DNA of 44,710 nt from a virus: positions 1 to 44,710 of IMG/VR virus record IMGVR_UViG_3300037419_000655; one strand, 5' to 3'. Shown here piece by piece: positions 1 through 8,986 of the stretch; position 1 is the first letter of the stretch, and each line of letters begins with the position of its first letter. The position numbers and the translations under genes were made by a program. The notes under the pieces are model-generated. The model worked only from the letters and a program-made list of their open reading frames with translations, was not told the origin of the DNA and did not search any database.

Positions 1-117
1 TCGCGACCCGCCTCTCCGCGAAGGTAGAGGCGGGGTTCTCGGCTGTCGTGGGCTTTTCCACGCGCGTGGTCGAGCTGAAAACCGGCTACGAGCGCCGCAA
101 CGCCAACTGGCTCAATC
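1..117. repeat. Terminal overlap, copy 1 (identical to 44594-44710)
   Basis: Read by eye, the 117 nt tcgcgacccgcctctccgcg...caactggctcaatc occur at both window ends. The repeat lies inside a coding region. Confidence 0.95.
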
Positions 118-584
118 CCAAGCGCCGCTTTACCGCACGCACCGCAGGCTGGACGCCCGACATGCGCGCCGAGTTGCTGAACCTCGCACACGCGGCCCGT
201 GGCTCGCTCTACGGCTTTCTGTTCAAGGACTGGAACGACTACAGCGTCACCGCGCAGTCGCTCGGCACCGCACCGTCCGGTTCCACGCCCGTGCAGTTGG
301 TCAAGACCTACACCTACGGCTCGGAAACCTACACCCGCACGATCACCAAGCCCGTCGCCTCCACGGTCACGGTCTACCAGAACGGTGTCGCCAAGGCGGG
401 CTCGCTGGACGAAACCACCGGGCTGTTCACGCCGACGACCGCATGGACGGCCGGGGCTGCCTTGACGTGGACCGGCGAGTTCCTGGTGCCCGTGCGTTTC
501 GCCTCGGACGACATCGAGTTCGTCCTGCCGCACCGCGACATCGCGGAAGTGGTCTGCGAGCTGGTCGAGGTGTTCGGTGAGTAA
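1..584 (+). CDS. Distal tail protein, DUF2460 / RcGTA g12-like (5' end supplied by 44584-44593)
   Basis: The frame of ORF 48-584 is open to base 1. It follows the tape measure and precedes DUF2163-like, NlpC/P60 and host-specificity genes, which is the conserved GTA-type order. Confidence 0.75.
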   Translation, partial: ATRLSAKVEAGFSAVVGFSTRVVELKTGYERRNANWLNPKRRFTARTAGWTPDMRAELLNLAHAARGSLYGFLFKDWNDYSVTAQSLGTAPSGSTPVQLVKTYTYGSETYTRTITKPVASTVTVYQNGVAKAGSLDETTGLFTPTTAWTAGAALTWTGEFLVPVRFASDDIEFVLPHRDIAEVVCELVEVFGE

Positions 585-2664
585 GACCATCCCGGTCGCA
601 CTCGACACCCACAAGGCGCAGTCCAGCACGACCCTGACCGACCTGTTGCTGCTCGGTCCGCTGGACGACGGCACCTATCGCGGCATGACGCTGCTGGATG
701 CCGATGTCGCGTATGACGACACAGGCGGCCTGATTGCGCCGACCCGCACCGCCGGCAGCGTGACCTACAAGGCGCGCACGGGCATGGAGCTGTCCGCGCT
801 GGAATCCACGGCCGATCTCGGCGTGGACAACGCGGAAGCCAACACGCTCCTGCCGATTGCCGGGTTCGAGGTCGAGGGCATCACGCAGGCGCAGATCGAC
901 GCGGGCGCGCTCGATAAAACCCCCTTCGTCGTTTACCGGGTCAACTACCAGAGCCTCACCGCCGGCTCCCATGAGGTCGTCGCCTCGGGGACCGTGGGCG
1001 AGGTCCGCCAGAAGGTCGGCGGGCTGACGGTGATCGAGCTGCGCTCGTTGTCCCAACAGCTCAAGCAGTCGATTGTCGAATTGGATTCGCTGTCCTGCCG
1101 CGCCAAGTTCGGCTCGCAGGTGGGCGAGGAACGCTTCCCCTGCGGCTTCGACCTGACGGCGGAATGGGTCAGCGGCACGGTGCTGGCGGTGGGCACGGAA
1201 ACCGACCGCGAGTTCGCCGATACCGGACTCACGCAGGACGACGACTACTTCGCGCCCGGCCTCGTGGAATGGTTGACCGGCAACAACGCCGGCCAGCAGA
1301 CCGAGGTCGAGGCGTTCGGATCGGGCACGGTCACGCTGCTGTTCCCGACCGTCAACCCGATCCTCCTCGGGGATACGTACCGCATCCGCCGCGAATGCAC
1401 GAAGTTGCATTACGGCCACAACGGCTGTCGCGAGTTTTGGGGCAGCAACTGGACGCTGCATTTCCGGGGCGAGCCGCATATCCCGATTGGCGATACGGGC
1501 GCGCTCAACACCCCCGGAGCCGGCACCTCGCAGACCAGCCTCAACGGCACGGGCGAGGTCGTCACCACGCCGTCTTCCGGTGGTGGTACGGACAGCGGCT
1601 CGGGCTATCCGGTCCCCGATGGCGGCAACACCTCCACCACGCGCACGCGCGGCGCGACGGTGTTGGACCCGGTGGCCTATGGAGCCGATCCCACGGGCGC
1701 CACGGACTCCACGGCAGCGTTCAATGCGGCGTTCGCCGCGCTGCCGGGCGATGGCGGCACCATCCGGCCCTCGGCGGGCACGTACAAGATCAATCCGAAC
1801 ACCAGCATCCAGCCGGTCAGCTACTCGTTCCTCGACCTGCTGACCCACGATGTCACGCTGGATGAAAGCTACACCGCGACCGACCACAAGTATGGGTTGT
1901 TGATCCAAGGCATCACGCAGTTCGAGGTCGCGGGCGGAAAGATCATCGGCTACCGCAACAAGGGCGCGGTCCCGTCCGGCACGACGGCCGAATGGGGCCA
2001 CTGCATCGCTTGCTACACCTCGACCTTCATCACCATCCGTGACATCACGCTCCGCGATGCGATGGGCGACGGCATCTCCATCGGCGGCAGCGACGACGTG
2101 GCGATCGACAACGTGATCTCCACCAACAACCGCCGACAGGGCCTGTCGATCGTCAACGGCTCGCGCATCGATGTCACCGACTCGGAGTTCAGTCACACCA
2201 ACGGCACCTCGCCCGAGTGCGGCATCGACATCGAGCCGGAGAACGGCAACACCTGCGACAGCATCAACATCAAGAATTGCCGCCTGACCCGGAACCACAA
2301 GTACGGCCTGAACGTCCTCATGCGCGGCACGGTAACGGGCGCGACGATCAGCAACATCACGATCGACGGCTGCACCATCGACTACCAGGACAGCAACGGC
2401 GTCGTGTTCCACGGCGGTAGCGGGGTGGACTTCACCAACAACACCGTGCGCCTCAACAGCGCGACGGGCGTGCGGCAGGAAGGCACCAACAGCCTGACGA
2501 TCTCGGGCAACACGTTCGAGAACAACTACACCCGCGACGGCACGGTCACGGACGGCACCTTCCAGAGCATCACCGGCACCACGGGCGTCCCGGCGGGCGA
2601 CCTGCTCATCTCCAGCGCAGGCACCGGCCTGAGCGTCCTGACGAACACCTACTACAAACGCTGA
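577..2664 (+). CDS. Tail hub protein (DUF2163 + BR0599-like N-terminal half) fused to a C-terminal right-handed beta-helix / pectate-lyase-like domain, 695 aa
   Basis: GTG start overlaps the upstream stop by 8 nt. The N-terminal half ends in ECTKLHYGHNGCREFWG...FRGEPHIP. After a G/S/T linker come VLDPVAYGADPTGATDSTAAFNAAF...GTYKI and NNRRQGLSI...GIDIEPEN repeats, typical of beta-helix depolymerases. Confidence 0.8.
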   Translation: MSKTIPVALDTHKAQSSTTLTDLLLLGPLDDGTYRGMTLLDADVAYDDTGGLIAPTRTAGSVTYKARTGMELSALESTADLGVDNAEANTLLPIAGFEVEGITQAQIDAGALDKTPFVVYRVNYQSLTAGSHEVVASGTVGEVRQKVGGLTVIELRSLSQQLKQSIVELDSLSCRAKFGSQVGEERFPCGFDLTAEWVSGTVLAVGTETDREFADTGLTQDDDYFAPGLVEWLTGNNAGQQTEVEAFGSGTVTLLFPTVNPILLGDTYRIRRECTKLHYGHNGCREFWGSNWTLHFRGEPHIPIGDTGALNTPGAGTSQTSLNGTGEVVTTPSSGGGTDSGSGYPVPDGGNTSTTRTRGATVLDPVAYGADPTGATDSTAAFNAAFAALPGDGGTIRPSAGTYKINPNTSIQPVSYSFLDLLTHDVTLDESYTATDHKYGLLIQGITQFEVAGGKIIGYRNKGAVPSGTTAEWGHCIACYTSTFITIRDITLRDAMGDGISIGGSDDVAIDNVISTNNRRQGLSIVNGSRIDVTDSEFSHTNGTSPECGIDIEPENGNTCDSINIKNCRLTRNHKYGLNVLMRGTVTGATISNITIDGCTIDYQDSNGVVFHGGSGVDFTNNTVRLNSATGVRQEGTNSLTISGNTFENNYTRDGTVTDGTFQSITGTTGVPAGDLLISSAGTGLSVLTNTYYKR

Positions 2665-3113
2665 TGCCTCGACTGATCCCGCGACTGTCCGCTGCGGAGC
2701 GGACGGCGTTCATTGCGGCTGCGCGTTCGCATCTGGAGGTGCCCTTCAAGCACCGTGGGCGCTCATCCAGAGGATTGGACTGTCTCGGGCTTGTGGCAGT
2801 GAGCTTGGCGGCCATCGGCTACGCGCCGCAGCAGGACGAGCGTCTTTACGGGCGGCATCCCGAGCCGGATGGAGAAAAGCTGCGCGCGTCTCTGTGCGAG
2901 CATTTCGGCGACCAGATCGCGCTCGACCGCACAGCCCCCGGTTGCGTGGTTTACATGCGCTGGCACAAGCGACCCAACCACGTCGCCATCATCGGCGACT
3001 ACTACCTCGGCGGCCTGTCGCTCATTCACGCACTCTGGGAGTCGGATCGCGTTGTTGAGACGCGACTGGCTGGCCCGTGGCCTCGCCGCATCCTCGGAGC
3101 GTGGCGTCCATGA
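2664..3113 (+). CDS. NlpC/P60-family cell-wall peptidase (RcGTA g14-like), 149 aa
   Basis: ATG overlaps the upstream TGA. Has a GLDCLGLV Cys motif and an HVAIIGD His motif, and sits between the hub and host-specificity genes. Confidence 0.75.
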   Translation: MPRLIPRLSAAERTAFIAAARSHLEVPFKHRGRSSRGLDCLGLVAVSLAAIGYAPQQDERLYGRHPEPDGEKLRASLCEHFGDQIALDRTAPGCVVYMRWHKRPNHVAIIGDYYLGGLSLIHALWESDRVVETRLAGPWPRRILGAWRP

Positions 3114-6100
3114 GCGGCAGCACCATTGGTGGTGTCGTTGGCGGCGTCATTGGCGCGTACTTCGGCAACGCCCAGCTCGGATGGATGATCGGCTCCGCCA
3201 TCGGCGGCTATGTTGATCCTGATGTCATCAAGGGGCCGCGTCTCAAGGACGCGCAGGTCCAGACCTCACAGGAGGGCGTGCCGCGCCCCATCGTGTTCGG
3301 CACGGCGGTCGTCGCGGGCAACGTCATCCAGCGTGGCCCGCTGATTGAGCACAAGCACAAGGAGCGCACGGGCAAGGGCGGTCCCGAGCAGGTCACGTAC
3401 ACCTACACACGCACCTATGCCATCCGCGTGTGCGAAGGCCCGATTGCCGGCATCCGCCGCATCTGGCGCGACGACAAGCTGATCTATGACGTGCGCGATC
3501 CGTCCACGCCGGACGACGGCACCGACCCGTCCGTGTGGCAGGCGGCGGCGATGGCCTTGGCCGGTGACACGCAGAGCTGGGCCTCCAAGCTCACCATCTA
3601 CCTCGGCGACGAAACGCAGCTCCCCGATCCGACGCTGGAAGCCCTGCCTGCGGAACTGGGCGGTGGCGCGGGGGACGTGCCGGCCTATCGCGGCTCGGCG
3701 TATGTCGTCATTGCAAACGACGACCTGACCGACCGGCAGGGCACGCTCCCGCAGTACCGCTTCGAGGTGGTCTCCTGCGGCGACACCGTGACCATCCCCG
3801 GCGAGGACCCGCCGTGGATCCATAGCTTCACGGGGACCACGCAGTCCATCTTCGACATCGGCGCAGACCAGACCGGCACCTTCATGGTGTCGGGTTGGAA
3901 CGACAACCTGCGCATCACCACGAACGGCAGCTTCTGGTCCGGCGTGGATTACAGCGGGACGGGGATCAGCACCAGCCTCGCGATCGCGGACATCTGGAAC
4001 GACGGTGGCTGGTACTTCGCCGTCAACCAGACCGTGGCCTCGCCGTCCAGCGGGCGGACGTGGGACACGACGATCATCCCCGCGTACCCCATCCATCCCC
4101 AATCGGTGGGCAAGGTCGCCGGCACGTATTGGGCCGGCGTCCATGACGTGGTGGGCACGACCAAGGTGTTCCAGCCGCGCGACACCGTGGGCAGCACCGT
4201 GATCGACTACGGGGCCAACTACGGCATCCCGGAGTGCATTTCCGATACGTCGGCGGGCGAAATCCTGCTCTGCACGACGACGGGCAAGATCCTGAAGTCG
4301 GGCGTGGTCGTCCACGACACGGGCGGCGTCGTGATTGTCACGCAGTTCGCGCGCCACGGCACCACCATCGTGGGGGCGTTCGGCGGCGGCTACCTGCTGT
4401 CCACCGACGACGGCGCGACGTGGACGACAGGCACCGGCCCCGCCCTCGACGGCGTGGCCTATTCGTCCCACTGGTACGGCGTGACGAACGAGGGCATCTA
4501 CGCGACCGACGACCCGGCCGGCACCTGGACGCTGGTGGATGACTATTTCGCCGGAAACGGAGGGGGCTCCTACATCTGCGCCTCCGAAAACGGCGCGGTC
4601 CTCGCCACCACGCAGGACGGCAAGACCGCCTACCTGCCGGCCTACCGCACGGTGCCGGACGCGCCCAGCTTCCAGGTGGACGACAGCGGCAACCTCTACG
4701 GCCCCGACCGCACGGGCATCGCGCCGTGTGGGGACATCACCGTCGCCGACGTGGTGGAAAGCCTGTGCTCGCGCGTGGGCATCACGGCGGGCCAGATGGA
4801 TCTCACCCAACTCACCGACGTGGTGCGCGGCGTGGTCATCGGCCGGCAGATGGCCTGCGCCGATGCCATCCGGTCGTTGCAGCAGGGCTACTTCTTCGAC
4901 TTCCCCGAATGGGACTTGAAGCTGCGCGGCGTCATGCGCGGTGGTGCGGCCCTGTGGACGATCACCAACGACGACCTCGTGTGGTCGGACGACGACGAGG
5001 AAACCCGCGCGCAGTCGGTGGAGTTCCCTCGGAAGATCAACTTGGAATCGCCGGACCCCGCGAAGAATTACGAAGCCGTCAAGCAGACGGCCGAACGGCG
5101 CACCGAGAACATCAAGGCGCTCGGCGAAACGACCATCGAGCTGCCCATCGTGCAGACGGCGGACGAACGCGCCCGCACCGCCGAGAAGATGCTCAAGATC
5201 GCGTGGGAAGAAGCGAACGGGCGCACGCAGTTCCAGTTGCCGGAGGAGTTCACCGCCCTCACGCCGTCCGATCCGTTCACCAAGGACAGCAAGCGGTGGC
5301 GTGCGGACAAGGTGGAATACGGCGACGGCGTGGTCAAGGTCGAAGCCGTGCGCGATCGCATCTCGGCCTACACCTCCGCAGCGGTGGGCAACCAGACCGA
5401 TCCGGGCATCCCGCCGAGCAGTATCCGGGGCCCGACGATCTTCTCGGCGCTGAACCTGCCGTCCCTGCGCACGCAGGACAACACGCCGGGCATGTACGTC
5501 GCGGCGAAGGGCCTGCTCCCCGGCTGGATCGGCTGCGACCTGCAACTGTCCGTGGACGACGGCGAGACCTACACCACCGTCCTGCGGATGACCAACCACG
5601 CCACGCTGGGCGTGCTGACCGCAGACCAGACAGCCGCGGCCACCACGCTGTCGGTGGACGTGGGAGTGGACACGCTGGAGTCGGCCACGGCATCGCAGGT
5701 CGTGGCGGGCGCAAACCTCTACGCCATTCCCAACGCCAACGACACGGCGGAAGTGTCGGCATTCGAGACCGCCACGGAAACCGACACGGGCGAGTACGAC
5801 CTCAGCACCCTCACGCGACCGAAGCTGGACACGACGGCGGCAGAGCACTACGCGGGCGACCGCTTCGTGCTGCTGGACAGCGCGATCTACTTCCTGCCGA
5901 TCGACGTGCGGTATGCGGGTCAAACGCTGATTTTCCGGCCCGTCACCTTGGGCACGGCCGCAGAAAACAACGCGACCTTCGAGGTCGTCTATCTGCCGCA
6001 GTTCACCAGCGCGCCCACGGTGGACTTCCTCGAAACCGAGCTGGGCGAGGTCATCACGACCGAAACCGGCGAATACCTCCAGTTGGATATCGCTGCATGA
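3110..6100 (+). CDS. Host-specificity / central tail protein (lambda J / RcGTA g15-like), 996 aa
   Basis: ATGA overlap at 3110-3113, so this start is preferred over the GTG at 3077. Glycine-zipper N-terminus GGVVGGVIGAYFGNAQLGWMIGSAIGG, large size and position support the call. The middle part carries Asp-box-like motifs. Confidence 0.85.
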   Translation: MSGSTIGGVVGGVIGAYFGNAQLGWMIGSAIGGYVDPDVIKGPRLKDAQVQTSQEGVPRPIVFGTAVVAGNVIQRGPLIEHKHKERTGKGGPEQVTYTYTRTYAIRVCEGPIAGIRRIWRDDKLIYDVRDPSTPDDGTDPSVWQAAAMALAGDTQSWASKLTIYLGDETQLPDPTLEALPAELGGGAGDVPAYRGSAYVVIANDDLTDRQGTLPQYRFEVVSCGDTVTIPGEDPPWIHSFTGTTQSIFDIGADQTGTFMVSGWNDNLRITTNGSFWSGVDYSGTGISTSLAIADIWNDGGWYFAVNQTVASPSSGRTWDTTIIPAYPIHPQSVGKVAGTYWAGVHDVVGTTKVFQPRDTVGSTVIDYGANYGIPECISDTSAGEILLCTTTGKILKSGVVVHDTGGVVIVTQFARHGTTIVGAFGGGYLLSTDDGATWTTGTGPALDGVAYSSHWYGVTNEGIYATDDPAGTWTLVDDYFAGNGGGSYICASENGAVLATTQDGKTAYLPAYRTVPDAPSFQVDDSGNLYGPDRTGIAPCGDITVADVVESLCSRVGITAGQMDLTQLTDVVRGVVIGRQMACADAIRSLQQGYFFDFPEWDLKLRGVMRGGAALWTITNDDLVWSDDDEETRAQSVEFPRKINLESPDPAKNYEAVKQTAERRTENIKALGETTIELPIVQTADERARTAEKMLKIAWEEANGRTQFQLPEEFTALTPSDPFTKDSKRWRADKVEYGDGVVKVEAVRDRISAYTSAAVGNQTDPGIPPSSIRGPTIFSALNLPSLRTQDNTPGMYVAAKGLLPGWIGCDLQLSVDDGETYTTVLRMTNHATLGVLTADQTAAATTLSVDVGVDTLESATASQVVAGANLYAIPNANDTAEVSAFETATETDTGEYDLSTLTRPKLDTTAAEHYAGDRFVLLDSAIYFLPIDVRYAGQTLIFRPVTLGTAAENNATFEVVYLPQFTSAPTVDFLETELGEVITTETGEYLQLDIAA

Positions 6101-7098
6101 AGATTTCTGCACTGACCCCCGTGTCGTCGGTGGACGGCACGGAGCTTTCGCCGTGCAACCAATCCAGCACCACGGTTCGCACGACCCTGCAAGCCATCGC
6201 CAACCTGTTCAAAGGAACGCGCGGAACGGCGATTGCTTCGGCATCCAGCATCAGCTTGGGCGCGGCGACCGGCTCCAACCTGCACATCACCGGCACCACG
6301 ACGATCACCTCGCTCGGCACGGTTGCGGCGGGCGTCGAGCGGAGGGTGATCTTCGACGGCGCGCTGACGCTCACCCACAACGCCACGAGTCTGGTGTTGC
6401 CCGGTAACGCCAACATCACCACGGCGGCCGGGGACTCTGCCGTCTTTATCTCGGAAGGTTCGGGCAACTGGCGCTGCGTGTCCTACAACAAGGCGGACGG
6501 CACGTCGGTGGGCGCGGCGACCATCGCCAACGATTCGGTCACCTACGCCAAGATGCAGAACGTCTCGGCGACGCAGCGTGTGATCGGCCGCAACACCGCA
6601 GGTTCAGGTGACCCCGAGGAGGTGACGTTCGCGCAGTTCATGGAGTGGGTGGGCACGCCCTCCAACGACGACTTCATCCAGCGCAAGTCCGGGGCGTTCA
6701 CCAACCGCACGGTGACGCAAGTCTCGGCGGACCTGCAAGGCACCGGCCTCATTACCGACGCCGTGGGTTATCGCACCGTTCCGCAGAACAGCCAGAGCGC
6801 CGCTTATACGTTGGTCGCCGCCGACTCCGGCAAGCACATCCTCCACCCGTCCGCCGACACCACCGCGCGCACGTTCACCATCCCGGCCAATAGCTCAGTG
6901 GCGTATCCGGTGGGCACCGCCCTGACGTTCGTCAACCAGAACGGAGCGGGCTCGATCACCATCGCGATCACCACCGACACCATGCGCCTGGCGGGCGCGG
7001 GCACGACAGGCAGCCGCACGCTCGCCGCCAACGGCATCGCCACCGCCCTCAAGGTCACTTCGACCGAGTGGATCATCTCGGGCACGGGGTTGACGTAA
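6097..7098 (+). CDS. Tail fibre-like protein, 333 aa
   Basis: ATGA overlap with the upstream stop. Starts at MKISALTPVSS within the long frame 4726-7098. Ser/Thr/Gly/Ala-rich with two related modules, each ending in a Trp-containing ...W.(C/I)(V/I)S... segment. Confidence 0.6.
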   Translation: MKISALTPVSSVDGTELSPCNQSSTTVRTTLQAIANLFKGTRGTAIASASSISLGAATGSNLHITGTTTITSLGTVAAGVERRVIFDGALTLTHNATSLVLPGNANITTAAGDSAVFISEGSGNWRCVSYNKADGTSVGAATIANDSVTYAKMQNVSATQRVIGRNTAGSGDPEEVTFAQFMEWVGTPSNDDFIQRKSGAFTNRTVTQVSADLQGTGLITDAVGYRTVPQNSQSAAYTLVAADSGKHILHPSADTTARTFTIPANSSVAYPVGTALTFVNQNGAGSITIAITTDTMRLAGAGTTGSRTLAANGIATALKVTSTEWIISGTGLT

Positions 7099-7806
7099 AT
7101 GAGTGCCATCCAGCAAGTGCTGCTAGCCGAGGGCGGCGGTAGCAGCGCCAGCGTGGTCGCCTGCCTGCTGCATTTCGACGGCACCGGCTCCACGTTCGTG
7201 GATGAGACAGGCAAGACCTGCACCGCCTCCGGCGGGGCCACGCAGAGTGCGACGCAATCCGTCTTCGGCGGGAAGTCGCTGGACCTGTCGGGATCGGCCG
7301 GTCGCGTTGAGGTCGCCGACTCGACGGACTTCGACTTCGGCACGGGCGCATTCCTGATCGAGTGGCGCGAGTACCACACCAGCAACACGGGATTCCAGAA
7401 CGCCTTTTCGCGCGGCTACAACATCGCGGGAGGCATGTTCTTCCAGTCCGCCAGCAGCGGCGCCAGCACGCGCGCCCTGTATTTCGTGGATTCGGGCGGC
7501 ACAGCCCAAAGCATCACCACGGCGGTCTCTTACGGCACCCTGAATACTTGGGCCGCTTGGGCGATCCAGCGCGATGCAACGGGAGTGGTGCGTATTTTCA
7601 GGGACGGCACGCAGTTGGCGTCCGGCGGGCCGTCCACCAACTCACAGCTCAGCCTCGGCCTGCGCGCCCCATTCGTGATCGGCGCCGACAATGCATCGTC
7701 GTTCTGGCTGCATGGCTACATTGACGAGTTCCGCGTGCAGAAGGGCGTGGCGCCGTATACGTCGAGCGGCTACACCCCGGCCTCAAGTGCGTTCACGTAT
7801 CCATAA
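7099..7806 (+). CDS. Concanavalin-A/LamG-like lectin-fold protein (putative receptor-binding accessory), 235 aa
   Basis: ATG follows directly after the upstream TAA. The pattern CLLHFDG...FGGKSL.L...V.V.DS.DFDFGTG.F.IEW... is typical of LamG/Laminin_G_3 domains in tail fibres. Confidence 0.55.
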   Translation: MSAIQQVLLAEGGGSSASVVACLLHFDGTGSTFVDETGKTCTASGGATQSATQSVFGGKSLDLSGSAGRVEVADSTDFDFGTGAFLIEWREYHTSNTGFQNAFSRGYNIAGGMFFQSASSGASTRALYFVDSGGTAQSITTAVSYGTLNTWAAWAIQRDATGVVRIFRDGTQLASGGPSTNSQLSLGLRAPFVIGADNASSFWLHGYIDEFRVQKGVAPYTSSGYTPASSAFTYP

Positions 7807-8752
7807 GCGGTTGTAGCTTCGGCCGCCGCACCCACGCCTCGATGGTGTGGTACGACAGCGCGGACAAGGCGACGGACGCGACCAGCGTCACCGGCAACAC
7901 GACCTGCCACGATTGTCCGTCCAGCAGGCGCGCGATCGGGTAGTGCCAGAGATAGATCCCATAAGACAGCTTGCCGAGGTAGGTCATCACCCGCGATTCC
8001 AGCCACGCGGGATGCTCGCCGATGATGGCGAACGCGGCGGCGATCTCGACCGTCGTGATGCCCGGCCCCTGTGCGTACTCGCCCTTCCACGGCAGGTAGA
8101 AGGCGACGAACGCCAGCGCCACCAATGCGGGCCATGCGGGGAACTTCTGACGCGGGAAGTGCGCGAGCAGGCAGCCCAGCACCAGCCCCGACAGGCGCAT
8201 GTCAAACCGCGTGTAGAACGCATCCCAGCCGTGCGCCTGTAGGCGCCAGACGGTCGCCGCGACAAACCCCCACGCCAATGCCTTCACGCTCGGCCGGAAG
8301 CGATAGAACACCAGCGGCCACAGCAGGTAAAAATGCTCCTCGACCGCCAGGCTCCACGTGTGGCCGAGATAGTCCGGCATCGCCCAGAACGTCTTGGCGT
8401 AGTCGGACAGGTACAGGATCGACAGCCCCGCCTCGATGTAGTGCGGGTAATTCGGCACGACGACGTAGAACACCGTCAGGTACACGGCCAGCATGACGGC
8501 CAGAGGCGGCGTCAGCCGGCGCAGGCGGCGGATGTAGAACTGCCGGAGGGTTGGCTGCGTCTCAGCCAGCAGCCGCGTGATGAGGTAGCCGGACAGGACG
8601 AAGAACACGTCCACGCCGATGAACCCGCCGCGCGCCCAGCCGGCCCCGGAATGGCAGCACACCACCGCGAGGACCGCGAGGGTGCGCAGGCCATCCAAGC
8701 CGGGGATGTATTGCATCGCCCGGAGGCCGTCAATGGCCGGGAGGTGTTTCAT
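7793..8752 (-). CDS. Acyltransferase-3 family membrane protein (OafA/O-antigen acetylase type), 319 aa
   Basis: MKHLPAIDGLRAMQYIPGLDGLRTLAVLAVVCCH...GVDVFFVLSGYLIT is the family signature, and the protein has many TM segments. The ATG at 8752 has a GGAGA RBS. Its 3' end overlaps the convergent LamG gene by 14 nt. Confidence 0.85.
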   Translation of the reverse strand: MKHLPAIDGLRAMQYIPGLDGLRTLAVLAVVCCHSGAGWARGGFIGVDVFFVLSGYLITRLLAETQPTLRQFYIRRLRRLTPPLAVMLAVYLTVFYVVVPNYPHYIEAGLSILYLSDYAKTFWAMPDYLGHTWSLAVEEHFYLLWPLVFYRFRPSVKALAWGFVAATVWRLQAHGWDAFYTRFDMRLSGLVLGCLLAHFPRQKFPAWPALVALAFVAFYLPWKGEYAQGPGITTVEIAAAFAIIGEHPAWLESRVMTYLGKLSYGIYLWHYPIARLLDGQSWQVVLPVTLVASVALSALSYHTIEAWVRRPKLQPLMDT

Positions 8753-8767
8753 GCGTTGTCTCCCCAA

Positions 8768-8778
8768 CACCCTATCGC
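8768..8778. promoter_or_regulatory. Candidate integrase arm-type site (CACCCTATCGC), left arm of attP
   Basis: Same CACCCTAT octamer as the three phased copies at 8987-9016 on the other side of the tRNA-derived core. Confidence 0.45.
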
Positions 8779-8809
8779 ACTGTATCCCATTGATTCGGTT
8801 AGACGGAAA

Positions 8810-8869
8810 TTGGCGGTTTTGGCGGCCGTAAAATCAGCCAGTTTCCCTTTCGATTCATGCGTTTGGCGG
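8810..8869. repeat. Three direct TTGGCGG heptamers (8810, 8819, 8863) in the attP left arm
   Basis: Read directly from aaTTGGCGGttTTGGCGGcc ... gtTTGGCGGtg. They may be accessory-protein (Xis/IHF-like) sites. Confidence 0.3.
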
Positions 8870-8879
8870 TGACTGCAAC

Positions 8880-8929
8880 GCTGCCTGGGGGGCAGAGGGT
8901 CGTCGGTTCGAATCCGGCTACCCCGACCA
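8880..8929 (+). other. attP core: 3' fragment of a tRNA-Pro(GGG) gene (anticodon arm, variable loop, T arm, acceptor 3' strand, CCA)
   Basis: gctgc-CTGGGGG-gcaga / gggtc / gtcgg-TTCGAAT-ccggc / taccccg-a-CCA. The required 5' acceptor strand cggggta and a D arm are absent upstream, so this is a fragment. It lies next to the integrase. Confidence 0.7.
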
Positions 8930-8986
8930 AATTTCCAATATCTTTCAGCAGGTTACGGGCGCAACGCCTGTGGATAAAATCGCCTG

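Noticed and set aside
1-117. Terminal repeats as biological DTRs or IS/transposon ends
   Set aside because: The repeat is direct, lies within a coding sequence, and the genome has an HNH/cos-type packaging module. A circular-contig overlap is the simpler explanation.
427-2412. 661-aa minus-strand ORF
   Set aside because: It is antisense to the recognisable hub gene and extremely Arg/Ala/Gly/Asp-rich. This is the typical shadow ORF of GC-rich DNA.
3266-6112. 948-aa minus-strand ORF
   Set aside because: It is antisense to the host-specificity gene and has Arg/Gly/Ala/Val-dominated low-complexity composition, with no motifs.
8853-8929. A complete tRNA gene
   Set aside because: The 3' two-thirds fold as tRNA-Pro, but the sequence at the expected 5' end (attcatg...) cannot pair with the acceptor 3' strand taccccg, and no D arm is present. 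I therefore call it an attP fragment.
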